A stretch of 64,000 bases of DNA from an uncultured delta proteobacterium (GCA_963787125.1 CAWBBV010000024.1:64001-128000), one strand, 5' to 3'. Shown: positions 1 through 10,167, numbered from the stretch's first letter. The notes: generated by a model not told the origin, from the sequence alone. Numbers and translations are program-made.

Positions 1-14
1 GCAAATGCTAAGAA

Positions 15-1685
15 GTTTCCATCCGGAAAGATAACCGGATGAAATTGTTAAGATATTTTGCATAAAGTGGTTCAGTTTTATCTCGTTTTATGCTATCCTG
101 CAAACCATAACAAGCTGTAAACATTACACATTATGGTTTCAGGGGTACTCCGGATGCGACAAAAACTGACACGACAGATGAGCCTTTTCTCTGTCACCAT
201 GCGTCACGATATTGGTAAAGAGTTGGCAGCAATTTCTTCAATTCTCGACGCCACTCCCCAGATGCTTGATCTGGTGTTCTCCGACCTGACAAGAGAGTCT
301 CGTCAGGATACCGGCCGGGAGGGACTGACCGCAGAACAGGTGCTGCGCTGCGTTGTCCTGAAACAGTTTCGCAGCCTCTCTTATGAAGAGCTCGCGTTTC
401 ATCTTGAAGATTCCAAATCCTTTCGTGCCTTTGCCCGACTGGAGATGGGACAGTATCCGTCGTCATCGACTCTTCAGGAAAACATCAAGCCGCTTTCCGA
501 AGAGACCTGGGAGGCAGTTCATATCTGCCTCATGCAGTATGCCATGGAAGCCGGCATAGAAACCGGTCGTAAAGTCAGGATTGACTCGACCGTTGTCGAA
601 AGTAACATTCATGATCCCTCTGATTCCACCTTGCTCTGGGATGGGATCAGGGTCATCACCCGTTGGCTTGAGGAGGGTCATGCCCTTACTCCCCGTCCTG
701 ACTACAGCTATTGCGACCATTGCCGTGTTGTCAAGAAACGGCTTATGGTGATTCTCAACGCCAAGAAACAAGAGGATAGAGTCTCGGCCTATCGTGACAT
801 GACGCACTACGCGGGCAAGGTTGTCGGCTATGCCAATAAAGCGATTCCGGCTCTGCAGGCGTACCAGGCAAACGGTCTTGGTGACATGCTTGCAGCCATG
901 AATCTTGCCGCACAGCTGAAACGGGCAGTGGGTCTACTGGAAAAGGTTATCAGTCAGACCGAACGACGGGTATTCCATAACGAGAAGGTGCCGGCATCAG
1001 ATAAAGTGACATCCTTCTTTGAGGACCACACCGACATCATCGTCAAGAAGAGGCGTGAGACCCACTTCGGCCACAAGATATTTCTGACCGGCGGCAAGTC
1101 CAACCTGATCCTTGACTGCCTGATTGCCAAAGGCAACCCGGCTGACTCGGATCAATACATCCCTATGCTGGAGCGGTACAAAGGGGTCTTCCGCAGGGTG
1201 CCGCGCCAGGTAAGTGCTGATGGTGGCTTTGCATCGAAGGATAACCTGACGGAAGCAAAAGGCCTTGGCGTAAAAGACGCTGTTTTTGCCAAGAAGCGCG
1301 GGTTATCGGTAATCGACATGGCCAAGAGTTCCTGGGTGTACAAGAAGTTGCGGAACTTCCGTGCCGGTATCGAAGCCAACATCTCCACACTCAAGAGAGC
1401 TTTCGGGCTTGACCGCTGCACCTGGAAAGGTTGGGAAGGATTCAGACGTTATGTCTGGAGTTCGATCTTTGCCTACAACCTTCAGGTCATAGCCCGGATC
1501 AAGCTGGAAGCGGCTTAAAAAGGCAAAAGCAGCAGCGAAAAGCATCTCGACGGGTGTAGTGCGTCATTAAATTGAGAAAGAGCAGATAAAACTGGTTACG
1601 TGGTAGTCAAAATCTTCCGAAGCAGAGACTGCCAACAGCGACCGGAGGTCCAGTACGTCTTAAACTGGGGTTTCCGGATGGACAC
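15..1685 (+). mobile_element. Insertion sequence (ISNCY/IS5-like DDE element), apparently intact
   Basis: 15-bp terminal inverted repeats GTTTCCATCCGGAAA (15-29) and TTTCCGGATGGACAC (1671-1685), one mismatch; flanking direct repeat TAAGAA at 9-14 and 1686-1691; single transposase ORF inside. Confidence 0.92.
154..1518 (+). CDS. DDE transposase (ISNCY-like)
   Basis: Motifs RIDSTVV, SADGGF, RAGIEANISTLKR; start taken at ATG 154 after AGGGGT (ORF open from 133). Confidence 0.9.
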   Translation: MRQKLTRQMSLFSVTMRHDIGKELAAISSILDATPQMLDLVFSDLTRESRQDTGREGLTAEQVLRCVVLKQFRSLSYEELAFHLEDSKSFRAFARLEMGQYPSSSTLQENIKPLSEETWEAVHICLMQYAMEAGIETGRKVRIDSTVVESNIHDPSDSTLLWDGIRVITRWLEEGHALTPRPDYSYCDHCRVVKKRLMVILNAKKQEDRVSAYRDMTHYAGKVVGYANKAIPALQAYQANGLGDMLAAMNLAAQLKRAVGLLEKVISQTERRVFHNEKVPASDKVTSFFEDHTDIIVKKRRETHFGHKIFLTGGKSNLILDCLIAKGNPADSDQYIPMLERYKGVFRRVPRQVSADGGFASKDNLTEAKGLGVKDAVFAKKRGLSVIDMAKSSWVYKKLRNFRAGIEANISTLKRAFGLDRCTWKGWEGFRRYVWSSIFAYNLQVIARIKLEAA

Positions 1686-1934
1686 TAAGAAATAATTAAG
1701 GGGCAACTCTCCATTCCACATTTATTACCTGAGAAGATGGAAGCGGGAGCCATTTGGAGTACATTCTATAGTTCACCTGTTAACTGAAAATGTTGCTCTT
1801 TTAAATCAGATGCTTAGTCATTCATTTATGGTTGCGGGCGCAGTTGCCCGCTGCTCTCAATAGTGCTGATGGCAGATTCACGCTTCTGTGCTATTGTTAT
1901 CTTCGTGCTGTTTTTGTGTGAAAAGGAGGCTGTT

Positions 1935-2897
1935 GTGAGAAAGCTCGGAGCAGTAGTTATGCAGGTTCTGTTGGTCGCAATTCTTGGCGGCTGTGCCTTT
2001 GTCAATGTGCCGCTTTTGCCGCAGCCCATGCCCCTGGAGGAACAGGTGCTTGAAGGCGACGGCACCGGGAAGATTCTGCTGGTCGATATCAGCGGCACCA
2101 TCTCCGAGCAGGAAACGTCCGCTGGCCTGCTGGGGCAGGCGGGACCGTCGATGGTGTCAACGCTTCACGAGGCACTCCAGAAGGCTGAAAAGGACAAACG
2201 GATCGTTGGTCTGATTCTGCGCATCAACTCCCCGGGCGGCACGGTTACTGCCAGCGATGTCATTCATCACGACATCATTAATTTCAAAAAACGCAAACAG
2301 GTTCCGGTGGTTGCCTGCATTATGGGGGTTGGCGCTTCAGGCGGGTATTATATCGCTGCGGCTGCGGATGAGATCGTTGCCCACCCTACGGCTATTACCG
2401 GCAGTATCGGCGTGATCATGATGAAGTTTAATGTGGAAGGGTTGATGGGCCGGATCGGCGTTGAAGAGCAGACCGTCAAGTCGGGTGACAAGAAGGACAT
2501 TATGTCCCCTTTCCGCCGGGCAACTCCGGAGGAGGTCAAGTTGGGGCAGGAGATTATAGATCAACTGTATGCCCGCTTCCTGGACGTGATCATGGCCCGA
2601 CCGGGCAACAGCCTGTCACGGGAAGAGCTGCGCAGGCTGGCAGACGGTCGTATCTATACCGCCGCCCAGGCGCTGGAAGGGAAGCTGATCGACAGGGTCG
2701 GCTATCTGGACGACGTCATCGCTTCGGTCAGAAAAACGGCTGGAGACGACAACGCCCGGGTGATTGGTTACTACCGTCCCGGTACCTACAAGGGGAGTAT
2801 TTATGCCGATGCCGGCGAGAAGGGGGGAGCACTGAAGCTGTTTAGCGGGCTGGACGCTTTTGCTGCCGGGAGTTTCATGTATCTGTGGCAGCCTTAA
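1935..2897 (+). CDS. sppA: Signal peptide peptidase SppA (S49), probable lipoprotein
   Basis: LRINSPGG, ASGGYYIA, TGSIGV, KSGDKKD motifs; lipobox LGGC; GTG start after AGGAGG. Confidence 0.9.
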   Translation: MRKLGAVVMQVLLVAILGGCAFVNVPLLPQPMPLEEQVLEGDGTGKILLVDISGTISEQETSAGLLGQAGPSMVSTLHEALQKAEKDKRIVGLILRINSPGGTVTASDVIHHDIINFKKRKQVPVVACIMGVGASGGYYIAAAADEIVAHPTAITGSIGVIMMKFNVEGLMGRIGVEEQTVKSGDKKDIMSPFRRATPEEVKLGQEIIDQLYARFLDVIMARPGNSLSREELRRLADGRIYTAAQALEGKLIDRVGYLDDVIASVRKTAGDDNARVIGYYRPGTYKGSIYADAGEKGGALKLFSGLDAFAAGSFMYLWQP

Positions 2898-3108
2898 ATT
2901 CGCCCAGATAGTGGCGCCAGTTATTTTCACTCATAACCTCGGGCGAATTGATTTATAGTTACCGGTTAAATGAAAGGAATGATCTTTTTAGATTCAACGA
3001 TGTGAGCATTGCTACCGGAGGTTGGATATGGTATTGAATTGACAAAATTTTTGCCCTTTTGTGGAGAATGTGATGTCGTTGTTAATAACGTTGTGAACTT
3101 GTAAGCAT

Positions 3109-3145
3109 GCCGCTCTGCCAGGAATTCCGGTGGGGCGGTTTTTTT
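3109..3145 (+). terminator. Intrinsic terminator-like hairpin upstream of the chromate transporter
   Basis: GCCGCTCTGCC-AGGAATTCC-GGTGGGGCGG followed by a T run. Confidence 0.65.
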
Positions 3146-3225
3146 CAGTAAGCGCAGCAGTCTAAAAAAGGGGAGTATGTTGTCAGGTTTGTTGCGCAGA
3201 TAGGGCCTTTTTAACTGGAGGTGGT

Positions 3226-3816
3226 ATGTTGTTACTCTGGAAAATATTTATTCTTTATACTCGTGTCGCCCTGTTTTCCTGGGGTGGCGGACCCGCGTCG
3301 CTTGCTCTTATGCAGCGTGAAACTACTGCGGCTCTCTGGGTTCCGCCCGGAGCAATAGAAGCGGTGCCCTGGGTTACCCCCCTTGAATTCTCTGATGCTG
3401 TTGCGCTGGGAAATGCCTTGCCCGGACCGGTTGCTCCGCAGGTGTCGGCTTATGTGGGGTACAAACTGGCAGGTGTGCCCGGTGCTGTTGCGGCCGCAAC
3501 CGGCACAGTGCTCCCCACTACCGTGCTGATGCTGATCATGATTGTCTATTTCTTTAAAATCAAGGACAGCATCCTGATCCAATCAATGCTGCGGGCCGTG
3601 CGACCAGTAGTGGTAGGCCTGTTGCTCTGGACAGCCTACGATATGGCTTATACGGTTTTCGGGGTCAATAAATTTGGATTTTCCGGCTCCATGACAATGG
3701 GTTGGGATAAGCTTCTCTTTGTTCTGGTCGCATTCGTTTTGCTAACCATGACCAGAATCAATCCGGCTTTTGTCATCTTTGGCGCAGCGGCGCTGGGTGG
3801 AGTGATTTATCGCTAG
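3226..3816 (+). CDS. Short-chain chromate ion transporter (CHR family)
   Basis: FSWGGG..MQRE and ALPGP motifs, hydrophobic helices, GGAGG RBS. Confidence 0.85.
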   Translation: MLLLWKIFILYTRVALFSWGGGPASLALMQRETTAALWVPPGAIEAVPWVTPLEFSDAVALGNALPGPVAPQVSAYVGYKLAGVPGAVAAATGTVLPTTVLMLIMIVYFFKIKDSILIQSMLRAVRPVVVGLLLWTAYDMAYTVFGVNKFGFSGSMTMGWDKLLFVLVAFVLLTMTRINPAFVIFGAAALGGVIYR

Positions 3817-3853
3817 CTTTGTAACGATAGAGGCGGTCAAGGTTAAAACGAAT

Positions 3854-3888
3854 CGCCCGGAGCATTAAAATGCTACCGGGCGGTTTTT
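3854..3888 (+). terminator. Intrinsic terminator between convergent genes
   Basis: CGCCCGGAGCAT-TAAA-ATGCTACCGGGCG then GTTTTT. Confidence 0.7.
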
Positions 3889-3906
3889 GTATTAGATTGT
3901 GTTGTT

Positions 3907-5370
3907 TCAGTGTTCAAGTTGAAAGTTGTCAGTGCAATGCGATGTCGGATATGTACTGCCTGTACATTGATATTTGTTTCGCTGCACGGTGAAACCGTAT
4001 TTTTTTGCTATGTCTACCTCTGTCCAGATGCCATAGCCGCAAAGAAAGACTCTTGCCTCGCCACCACTGCCATCTTTTCTGGTTATTGTCCGCATCCCGT
4101 CGGAGGATCGTGGTTTGGAACAGCCAGCATATCCCAGTTGTTTCTCCAGAGTATCATCAGATAAGATTGTATCCTGACCCGGACCATCACAGCGCCAGTG
4201 ATCTTTATTGCGTTTACCCTGCCAGCAGATAGCAATCGCTTCAATCTGTTCCGGGCCGTATATCACTTTTTTCTTTTTTGTTTCGGCGTTTTTTTCTTTC
4301 ACCGGTTCTCTTTTGGTTCCACCCGCTTCCGGGGAGTCGTAGCCTGTAGCAATTTTTCTGGTCAGTTTATCACGTTGAGGTTGATTTTTAGCTTGTTGAT
4401 TCACCTTTCGTTGCAACTCTTCTTCTTGTTTCTGTTGAGTCCGCTGTTTTGCTGCTAATTGCGCCTTTGCTTCCTGGCGTTTTTTTTCCTGATTTTCCGC
4501 TGTAACCTCTGCTTGTGCCTGTTTTGCCTGAGTTTTTTTAGCTTGTTGTTCTTGCGCGGCCTGCAGTGCCTGCCGATTGCGTTCCTCCTGCTGGGCGCGT
4601 CGATTTGCCGCAGCCTGTTCAAGAGCACGATTTTTCCTGTCTTGGGCTGCTTGTTCATCACGGGCTTTTTGTGCCCGAATTTCCTCCAGCTTGACTTTCT
4701 GCTCTTGCCTCCGCTCGGCAATAACCTGGTCTGTTGTAGCTTGCATAGCGCTGGCGTCATTGTTATAGACGCTTCTCATTGCCGAGTCCATCACCCTGGT
4801 TTGCTGCTCCGCGCTGTATCCTCTGGTTGCGTATCCTGCATAAGCACCGGCGCCGACGGTGGCGGCGGCTCTGATAAAGTCCCCAAAACCAGAACCTGAA
4901 CTGCTTTGCGCTCGGGATTCGCGTGCCTGTTGCTCCTGCTCTGCCTGTACCCGTTGCTGCTCAGCCTGTATTTGCCGCTCTTGTTCGGCCTGGGCCTGCC
5001 GTTCGATGCGAGCAGCCTCTGCCAGTTCTATCTGCAACTGCTGCTCGATACGGGCGGTTTCTGCCAGCTCTTCCTGGACGGCTTTGCGTTCTTCCGCAAG
5101 ACTCTGTTTAATCAGTCGCAGAGATTGTTTATCCTTTGAAGTGACAACGTATTTGGCCGCCTTGGCAATTTTCTTTTCTGCGCAGGCAAAATCGCGAGTT
5201 TGGATGCAAACGTTTGCTTTTTCATACTCTTCGATAAAATCCAGGTGATCCAGTTGATCGAGCTGATCAATCATTTTCTTCTGCTGCACCGTCATGGCCA
5301 GCGTCGGCAGCGAACTGAATACAATTAAACTGACAATCAAAATGAGTCGTAACGACTTATTGAAATTCAT
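3907..5370 (-). CDS. Secreted hypothetical protein: coiled coils, central Gly/Ala hydrophobic segment, Cys-rich C-terminal domain
   Basis: Signal peptide; Q/E/A/K-rich heptads; AAATVGAGAYAGYAT segment; six Cys in the last ~110 aa. Confidence 0.8.
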   Translation of the reverse strand: MNFNKSLRLILIVSLIVFSSLPTLAMTVQQKKMIDQLDQLDHLDFIEEYEKANVCIQTRDFACAEKKIAKAAKYVVTSKDKQSLRLIKQSLAEERKAVQEELAETARIEQQLQIELAEAARIERQAQAEQERQIQAEQQRVQAEQEQQARESRAQSSSGSGFGDFIRAAATVGAGAYAGYATRGYSAEQQTRVMDSAMRSVYNNDASAMQATTDQVIAERRQEQKVKLEEIRAQKARDEQAAQDRKNRALEQAAANRRAQQEERNRQALQAAQEQQAKKTQAKQAQAEVTAENQEKKRQEAKAQLAAKQRTQQKQEEELQRKVNQQAKNQPQRDKLTRKIATGYDSPEAGGTKREPVKEKNAETKKKKVIYGPEQIEAIAICWQGKRNKDHWRCDGPGQDTILSDDTLEKQLGYAGCSKPRSSDGMRTITRKDGSGGEARVFLCGYGIWTEVDIAKKYGFTVQRNKYQCTGSTYPTSHCTDNFQLEH

Positions 5371-5406
5371 CGGTTTCCCCCCGGCATTGAATAAATTGAC
5401 CTTTCA

Positions 5407-6388
5407 TCACAGCTGTTTTAATAAATCCAGGTTGACGATACTCTCTTCCCAATAGTGAGAGAACTCATTCATCTTTTCCCACTGTGCGGATTTTGCGTCC
5501 TTAATGCCGGCAATCGCTTCGTGGAGGAGATTCCTGCTCCGGGGCGAGTTACATGTCGATACCTGAACAGGGGGGGCAGGTACTTCGTTGTTGCCCGGAA
5601 TGCCCATTAGTCGCTGCAGGGGACTGGCGTGCTGCCGAATGGGCGTAAGCAGGCAGTCATCAAATATTTTGGCATGTTCACTGTCCAGTTGGGTGTGAAT
5701 ACTGTCTGTTTTAGCCAGAAAATCCTGCTGCTCAAAATATTTAGCCCCTTCGATCATCGTCATTCGCTCGCTACGCAAAACGGCGTACTCTTCCAGCATG
5801 ATTTGCGCTTCACGCAAGTGCTTATCAGCTGCAAGTCGGAGTAAATACTGATCGTCAGCGGCCCGATCCTGACGACGCTTGACTGGATTTATTTGCAGAT
5901 AATTGTCCAGATCTTTGAACAGCGGCGACTTCATCGCTGCGCTGACTTCAGTTATGGCGCGATCATAAAATTGCCTGGTGCTGGAGAAATAATAGCCTTC
6001 GCGTTCGGCAATAGCCGGTTAACGCTACCGCATATGCTTGCTGCAGTTGCAGATTTTCACCGTTGACGGCGTTGTGCAACTTTTCAAATTCTGTATCTGC
6101 CAGCAAGGCCGGATTGATGTTTTTAGTCAGGATATCGAAAAGTATCGTTTTGGGCTCTTGCGGTTCTGAGTGATTTGGCAATTCTGTTTGATCAGCATGG
6201 TCCACCCGTGCTTCTCCTGCCTGCTTGATTGCACTCTGCAGTTCGCTCGGTGCATCTCGTAAGACGCTCTGCAACTGTTGCCAGTTTTGCATCGAGATCG
6301 GTGCTGGCGTTTTTTGCATGTTTTGCCAGGAAGTTGTTGCGCAGCCGCCTGTCAATAGTGCCATTAACACAATTACAAGACGACTCAT
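5407..6388 (-). pseudogene. Hypothetical lipoprotein, probably one ~326-aa gene split by a 1-nt insertion near 6015-6018 (ORFs 5963-6388 and 5407-5934)
   Basis: Lipobox TGGC; frame of the downstream ORF is open back to 6018 (AIAEREGYYFSSTRQFYDRAITEVSAAMKSP); ATG 5934 lacks an RBS. Confidence 0.6.
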
Positions 6389-7542
6389 TTAGTGGCGACA
6401 ATCAGCAGGGGGGCTTCCGTAGTTAACTCTTTTTCCGTATGGCGCCGCGTTGCATGGGCGATCATGGAATCAGGGTTGCCCCAGGTGGAAGGGCGAAAGG
6501 CTGCTTCGTTTCTGATCTGATCTAACTCGGAAGATCTTTTTGGCAGGGAGAGAATGTCAGAGGCCAAAGCCATGGGTAAGGAAGCCAGCGCAGTAATAAT
6601 ATTTTCTCTCTTGAACAGGTGATCCGTGTTTTCAAAGTAGGTGAAATTATAAATTTTCATCTGCCTGGCTTGTGCTTTTGCCTGTTGAGCTTGTTGGTTT
6701 TCAGCAAGTTTTTTTGCATAATCCCGCCACTCTTGAGCTTTAGTCGGATCTTTGTTCAACCCTTGTCCCGTGTCATAACGTACGGCAACGTTTTCTATTG
6801 CCTCAAAATTGCCTGTTTTGGCAACACTAATTTGCTCTTGTGCAATTATTGCTTCAGCTTTGTTCCGCCATTCCTTTGCTTGGGAGGGGTCTTTGACCAC
6901 TCCTTGTCCGGTATCATACCGTACGGCAATGTTCTTCATTGCTTCAAAGTTACCTGCATTGGCCGCACGCAGCTGTTCCTGCGCAGTGCTCGCCTCGACT
7001 TTATTACGCCATGTTGCGGCTTTAGCAGGACTCTTTTTCACGCCTATCCCGTCCTCATAATAGCCAATCATCTTTTTCATGGCTTCTACATCGCCGGCTT
7101 CGGCAGCACTAAGTTGCGTGGCAGCCTCTGTCGCTTCATTTTTAAGTTTGATCTTGGCCTCTTCTTTTTTAAGTCTGGCTTCGGCGATGGCAGCATCTTT
7201 TTTAAGCCTGACTTCGTCCGCTTCAGCTTTTTGTCTGGCTTCAACTGATACCTGAGGCGCAGACAGAGTAATGTCTATCCGTTGAACAACATCATCAACT
7301 ACTCTTAGATCTTTCTCAAAGATTTGTTCGTAGCCGTTCTGGACGGTTTTACGCGCAAGCAGTTTTGCTTTGCCGGCTTTTACTGGAACATCGCAAGGGC
7401 ATTCGCCCACAAACTTGCCATTAATAAATACTTCAGTACCGCTGTCCTGATCTTCACATTTGATGCGCACCATGCTGCTGGCGTAGGCTGAAACAGTTGT
7501 GATCAACACAAGTAGTCCGCTAATGAAAAGGCTTTTTTTCAT
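6385..7542 (-). CDS. Secreted PEGA-like domain + Sel1-like repeat protein
   Basis: Signal peptide; GTEVFINGKFVGECP (PEGA-like); three AxxGxxEAM..YxxGxGVxKD..A..W repeats; GGAGGAG RBS. Confidence 0.85.
   Translation of the reverse strand: MKKSLFISGLLVLITTVSAYASSMVRIKCEDQDSGTEVFINGKFVGECPCDVPVKAGKAKLLARKTVQNGYEQIFEKDLRVVDDVVQRIDITLSAPQVSVEARQKAEADEVRLKKDAAIAEARLKKEEAKIKLKNEATEAATQLSAAEAGDVEAMKKMIGYYEDGIGVKKSPAKAATWRNKVEASTAQEQLRAANAGNFEAMKNIAVRYDTGQGVVKDPSQAKEWRNKAEAIIAQEQISVAKTGNFEAIENVAVRYDTGQGLNKDPTKAQEWRDYAKKLAENQQAQQAKAQARQMKIYNFTYFENTDHLFKRENIITALASLPMALASDILSLPKRSSELDQIRNEAAFRPSTWGNPDSMIAHATRRHTEKELTTEAPLLIVATK
6712..7107 (-). repeat. Three tandem ~132-bp Sel1-like coding repeats
   Basis: 44-aa periodicity; repeats 2 and 3 are similar at DNA level (AVRYDTGQG in both). 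Confidence 0.75.
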
Positions 7543-7633
7543 TACTCCTCCTTTGAAGTGAATTCATACAAATCGTGAATGTGAACATTGGATGGGAATC
7601 TGTCGAATTATGCCCATAGACCTGTCGATATTT

Positions 7634-7657
7634 AAAAGTGTATACAGTATATATTTT
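7634..7657. promoter_or_regulatory. Palindromic operator GTATAC-N-GTATAY (HgtR-like) upstream of the Sel1 operon
   Basis: AAAAGTGTATACAGTATATATTTT; close match to the palindrome upstream of icd. Confidence 0.5.
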
Positions 7658-7962
7658 AGAAATGGCAATAAGTAAACAGTGTTTTATCTCTGCGTTATTA
7701 GTTTTTTTAAACAGGCTGGACAGTTAAGTGATACTTTTTAAGCTCGCGGGTTGTCAGTGTCAATATTCGACTCAACAACTTGTGGAGCTTCAGGGATTTA
7801 ATGTTCTTTGCTGGTTGTCTTAGTACAGCTAACATGCTAATAACACAAGATCCGAAGACTTAGAAGTATTGCCCCGTATTAGTGAGAGGAAGCATAGCCG
7901 GCAGACTCTGATTGTGACAGATAATACTTTTGCTTTATAAAGCTCTTATATTGAGGCGTGGA

Positions 7963-9612
7963 ATGGTTGACAGACTAAAGGAAGCGATAAAGCTGCACTA
8001 CCCCGTTGTTTTTCCGCTGCTACTCTCTGCAATTGTGCTCTGGCGCAGCTACAGGATTCCGGGGCTCACAGCTGATTCAATCACCTATTTTCAGATTTCC
8101 AGGAATATTCTCTATGCCGGCAAATTAGGCTGGGAGGCGCTGTGGGCGACCCCTTTTCATTCTATTATAATTGCTGTAGTCGCATATCTTAGCGGGATAC
8201 ACGATCTCTTGACCGTGGCGTCTCTAGTCTCTCCGCTGTTAGCTTTTCTGTTAGTGCCGACAGTTTATTCACTCGCCGTTCAGATCTTTGACCGTCGTTG
8301 CGCTCTGCTGGCGGCAGCGCTGGTGGCGATTTTCCCTCACCTGAACAGTATTGCCTATTCCGCGGAACCTGAAGTTACCTATACCTTTTTCCTGCTACTG
8401 GCCCTGACAATCTGTACGGCTGCAGTCAAACGCAATTCCCTGCTGTTGTCTGCCATAACCGGCATCACGTTTTCACTCGCCTATCTTTCCAGATCAGAAG
8501 GCTTTGTGGTGATGTCGCTGCTCTTCACCGTTTTGACGGCCGTCCAGGGGGTACGTTTTTATCGTTCGTCAGTATTCAAACTCTGCATTATCGCTACAAT
8601 CATGTTTTTTATTGTCTCATCACCGTATCTGTTTTTTCTGAAGCAACATTATGGCGCGTTCGTCATCAGCCCCAAGGCCTCGTATGTATTGACCTGGATG
8701 AAAAACGCCGTTTATAGAGACAGTGATATAAGTGAAAGAGATAATGTTGAATTGTGGGGGTTGAATCATCAGGGCAAGCTCCGGTGGCAGGAACCTAAAG
8801 GCATGAAAGATCTGCTTTCTTACCTTTTGTCGCAGCCCGCTAAAAGCCTGTCCGTTTATCTCACTAATCTATCCCACGAAATCCCCGGAAGAATTCCGAA
8901 CAACAGCGGCATGGAATATTTTCCCCAGCTTTTTCCGGTTTATCTCTCGCTGGCGGCGCTTGTTAGTCTCTTCGGACGCTGGCAACCTTTTGCCAGGGAG
9001 AAAAGGGCGATTCTCCTTGCTCCGCTGTTGATTTTTTTTGTACTGCCGATCTTCACCGACGGCTGGTGGAAGTATCTGGTTCCCTATCTCCCTTTGATGC
9101 TGATCATGGCAGCGCAGGGGATTTTCATGCTGGCGGCGCTTATGGCCGATAAAGTATCCTCGACAGGTAAAAAGCCGGTAGCCGGCGCGATCGTTGTGGT
9201 TGTTGCCGCTATTATTGGCGTCCGTTTTTATCTGTCATTTCATCCGCTTGACCGTCAGGAGGGTAAGAGGGCAAGCAAAGATATCGTTAGACGGGCTCAA
9301 AACGCCGAGGTTTGTAAGGATCTCGGGGTACTGGCCTATCAGCGGTTGGGCGCCGGAAACAACTATCTGGCCAATTGGAGCAAGCTTGTATACCATCTTG
9401 ACGGGATCTGGACAGCAATGCCGCTGGCAACAGGTGAGGAGTTACACAAATATGCTCTGGCCAATAAGGTCGATTATTTAGTTATAGAAGCGCATTCACC
9501 GGAAGAGATTAAAACCTTGATTGAACAGGTTGACCCGGTGGGATTCAAGCTTGAAGGGATTCTTAAATCGGTGGCATATATTTATGCCATAGGTTTTTAT
9601 CGGGTTCAATAG
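7963..9612 (+). CDS. ArnT/PMT-like (GT39/GT83) membrane glycosyltransferase
   Basis: TADSITYFQISRNI, P-x-HS, LAYLSRSEG motifs; many TM helices; soluble C-terminal tail. Confidence 0.8.
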   Translation: MVDRLKEAIKLHYPVVFPLLLSAIVLWRSYRIPGLTADSITYFQISRNILYAGKLGWEALWATPFHSIIIAVVAYLSGIHDLLTVASLVSPLLAFLLVPTVYSLAVQIFDRRCALLAAALVAIFPHLNSIAYSAEPEVTYTFFLLLALTICTAAVKRNSLLLSAITGITFSLAYLSRSEGFVVMSLLFTVLTAVQGVRFYRSSVFKLCIIATIMFFIVSSPYLFFLKQHYGAFVISPKASYVLTWMKNAVYRDSDISERDNVELWGLNHQGKLRWQEPKGMKDLLSYLLSQPAKSLSVYLTNLSHEIPGRIPNNSGMEYFPQLFPVYLSLAALVSLFGRWQPFAREKRAILLAPLLIFFVLPIFTDGWWKYLVPYLPLMLIMAAQGIFMLAALMADKVSSTGKKPVAGAIVVVVAAIIGVRFYLSFHPLDRQEGKRASKDIVRRAQNAEVCKDLGVLAYQRLGAGNNYLANWSKLVYHLDGIWTAMPLATGEELHKYALANKVDYLVIEAHSPEEIKTLIEQVDPVGFKLEGILKSVAYIYAIGFYRVQ

Positions 9613-9639
9613 TTACCATGCCAATGTTTCAACTGATAT

Positions 9640-10166
9640 TTACGGCGGAAACTGTTCATTGTAGTCGGTAAATTCCCGCAGGGCGCGCTCTTCCAAATGG
9701 ATGCGCTGACGCACAATGAGGAGATTGGCCGGGAAGAAAAGCGCCAGGGTGTACGGCGCGCGCATGAGCAGAGGCAGCAGGAGGAACTCAAGTGTCACCA
9801 CCAGATAGTTCGGATGGGAAAGCAGGCGATAGGGACCCGCTTTTTTAACCTTCCCCCCGGAACCAGTACGATCCGGGTATTCCAGCATTCACCGAGACTG
9901 ATGATACACCAGTAGCGCACTCCCTGAAGCAGGATGACAAGAGTGAGCAGGGTGAAGCTGAACAGTCCGGTGGGGACGAGCCAGGGGTAGGACTCGCCGA
10001 ACAGGGCCAGTAGAAACAGGCTGTGCAGGGCGACCATGCGGGGAAAGGTTTCAGGATAGAACTCCCTACCGCCACGGGCCGTCAGGGTCAGGCAGTGTCT
10101 GCGGGAAAGCTGGAGCTCAAAGAAACGCTCCAACAGCAGGTATGCAAAGAGCGGCAGCAGTGACAT
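9640..10166 (-). pseudogene. Isoprenylcysteine carboxyl methyltransferase family (BpsB/SrsB-like), frameshifted at a G6 tract (9853-9858)
   Basis: N-half ERFFELQLSRRH...LGECWNTRIVLVPG in one frame; C-half GPYRLLSHPNY...RIHLEERAL in another; one extra G rejoins them. Confidence 0.85.
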
Positions 10167-10167
10167 G

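Noticed and set aside
3028..3042. GGAGG followed by ATG (MVLN-stop)
   Set aside because: Only four codons; no support for function
4198..5248. Cys/Leu/Ser-rich plus-strand ORFs
   Set aside because: Antisense shadows of the Gln/Ala/Glu/Lys coiled-coil gene
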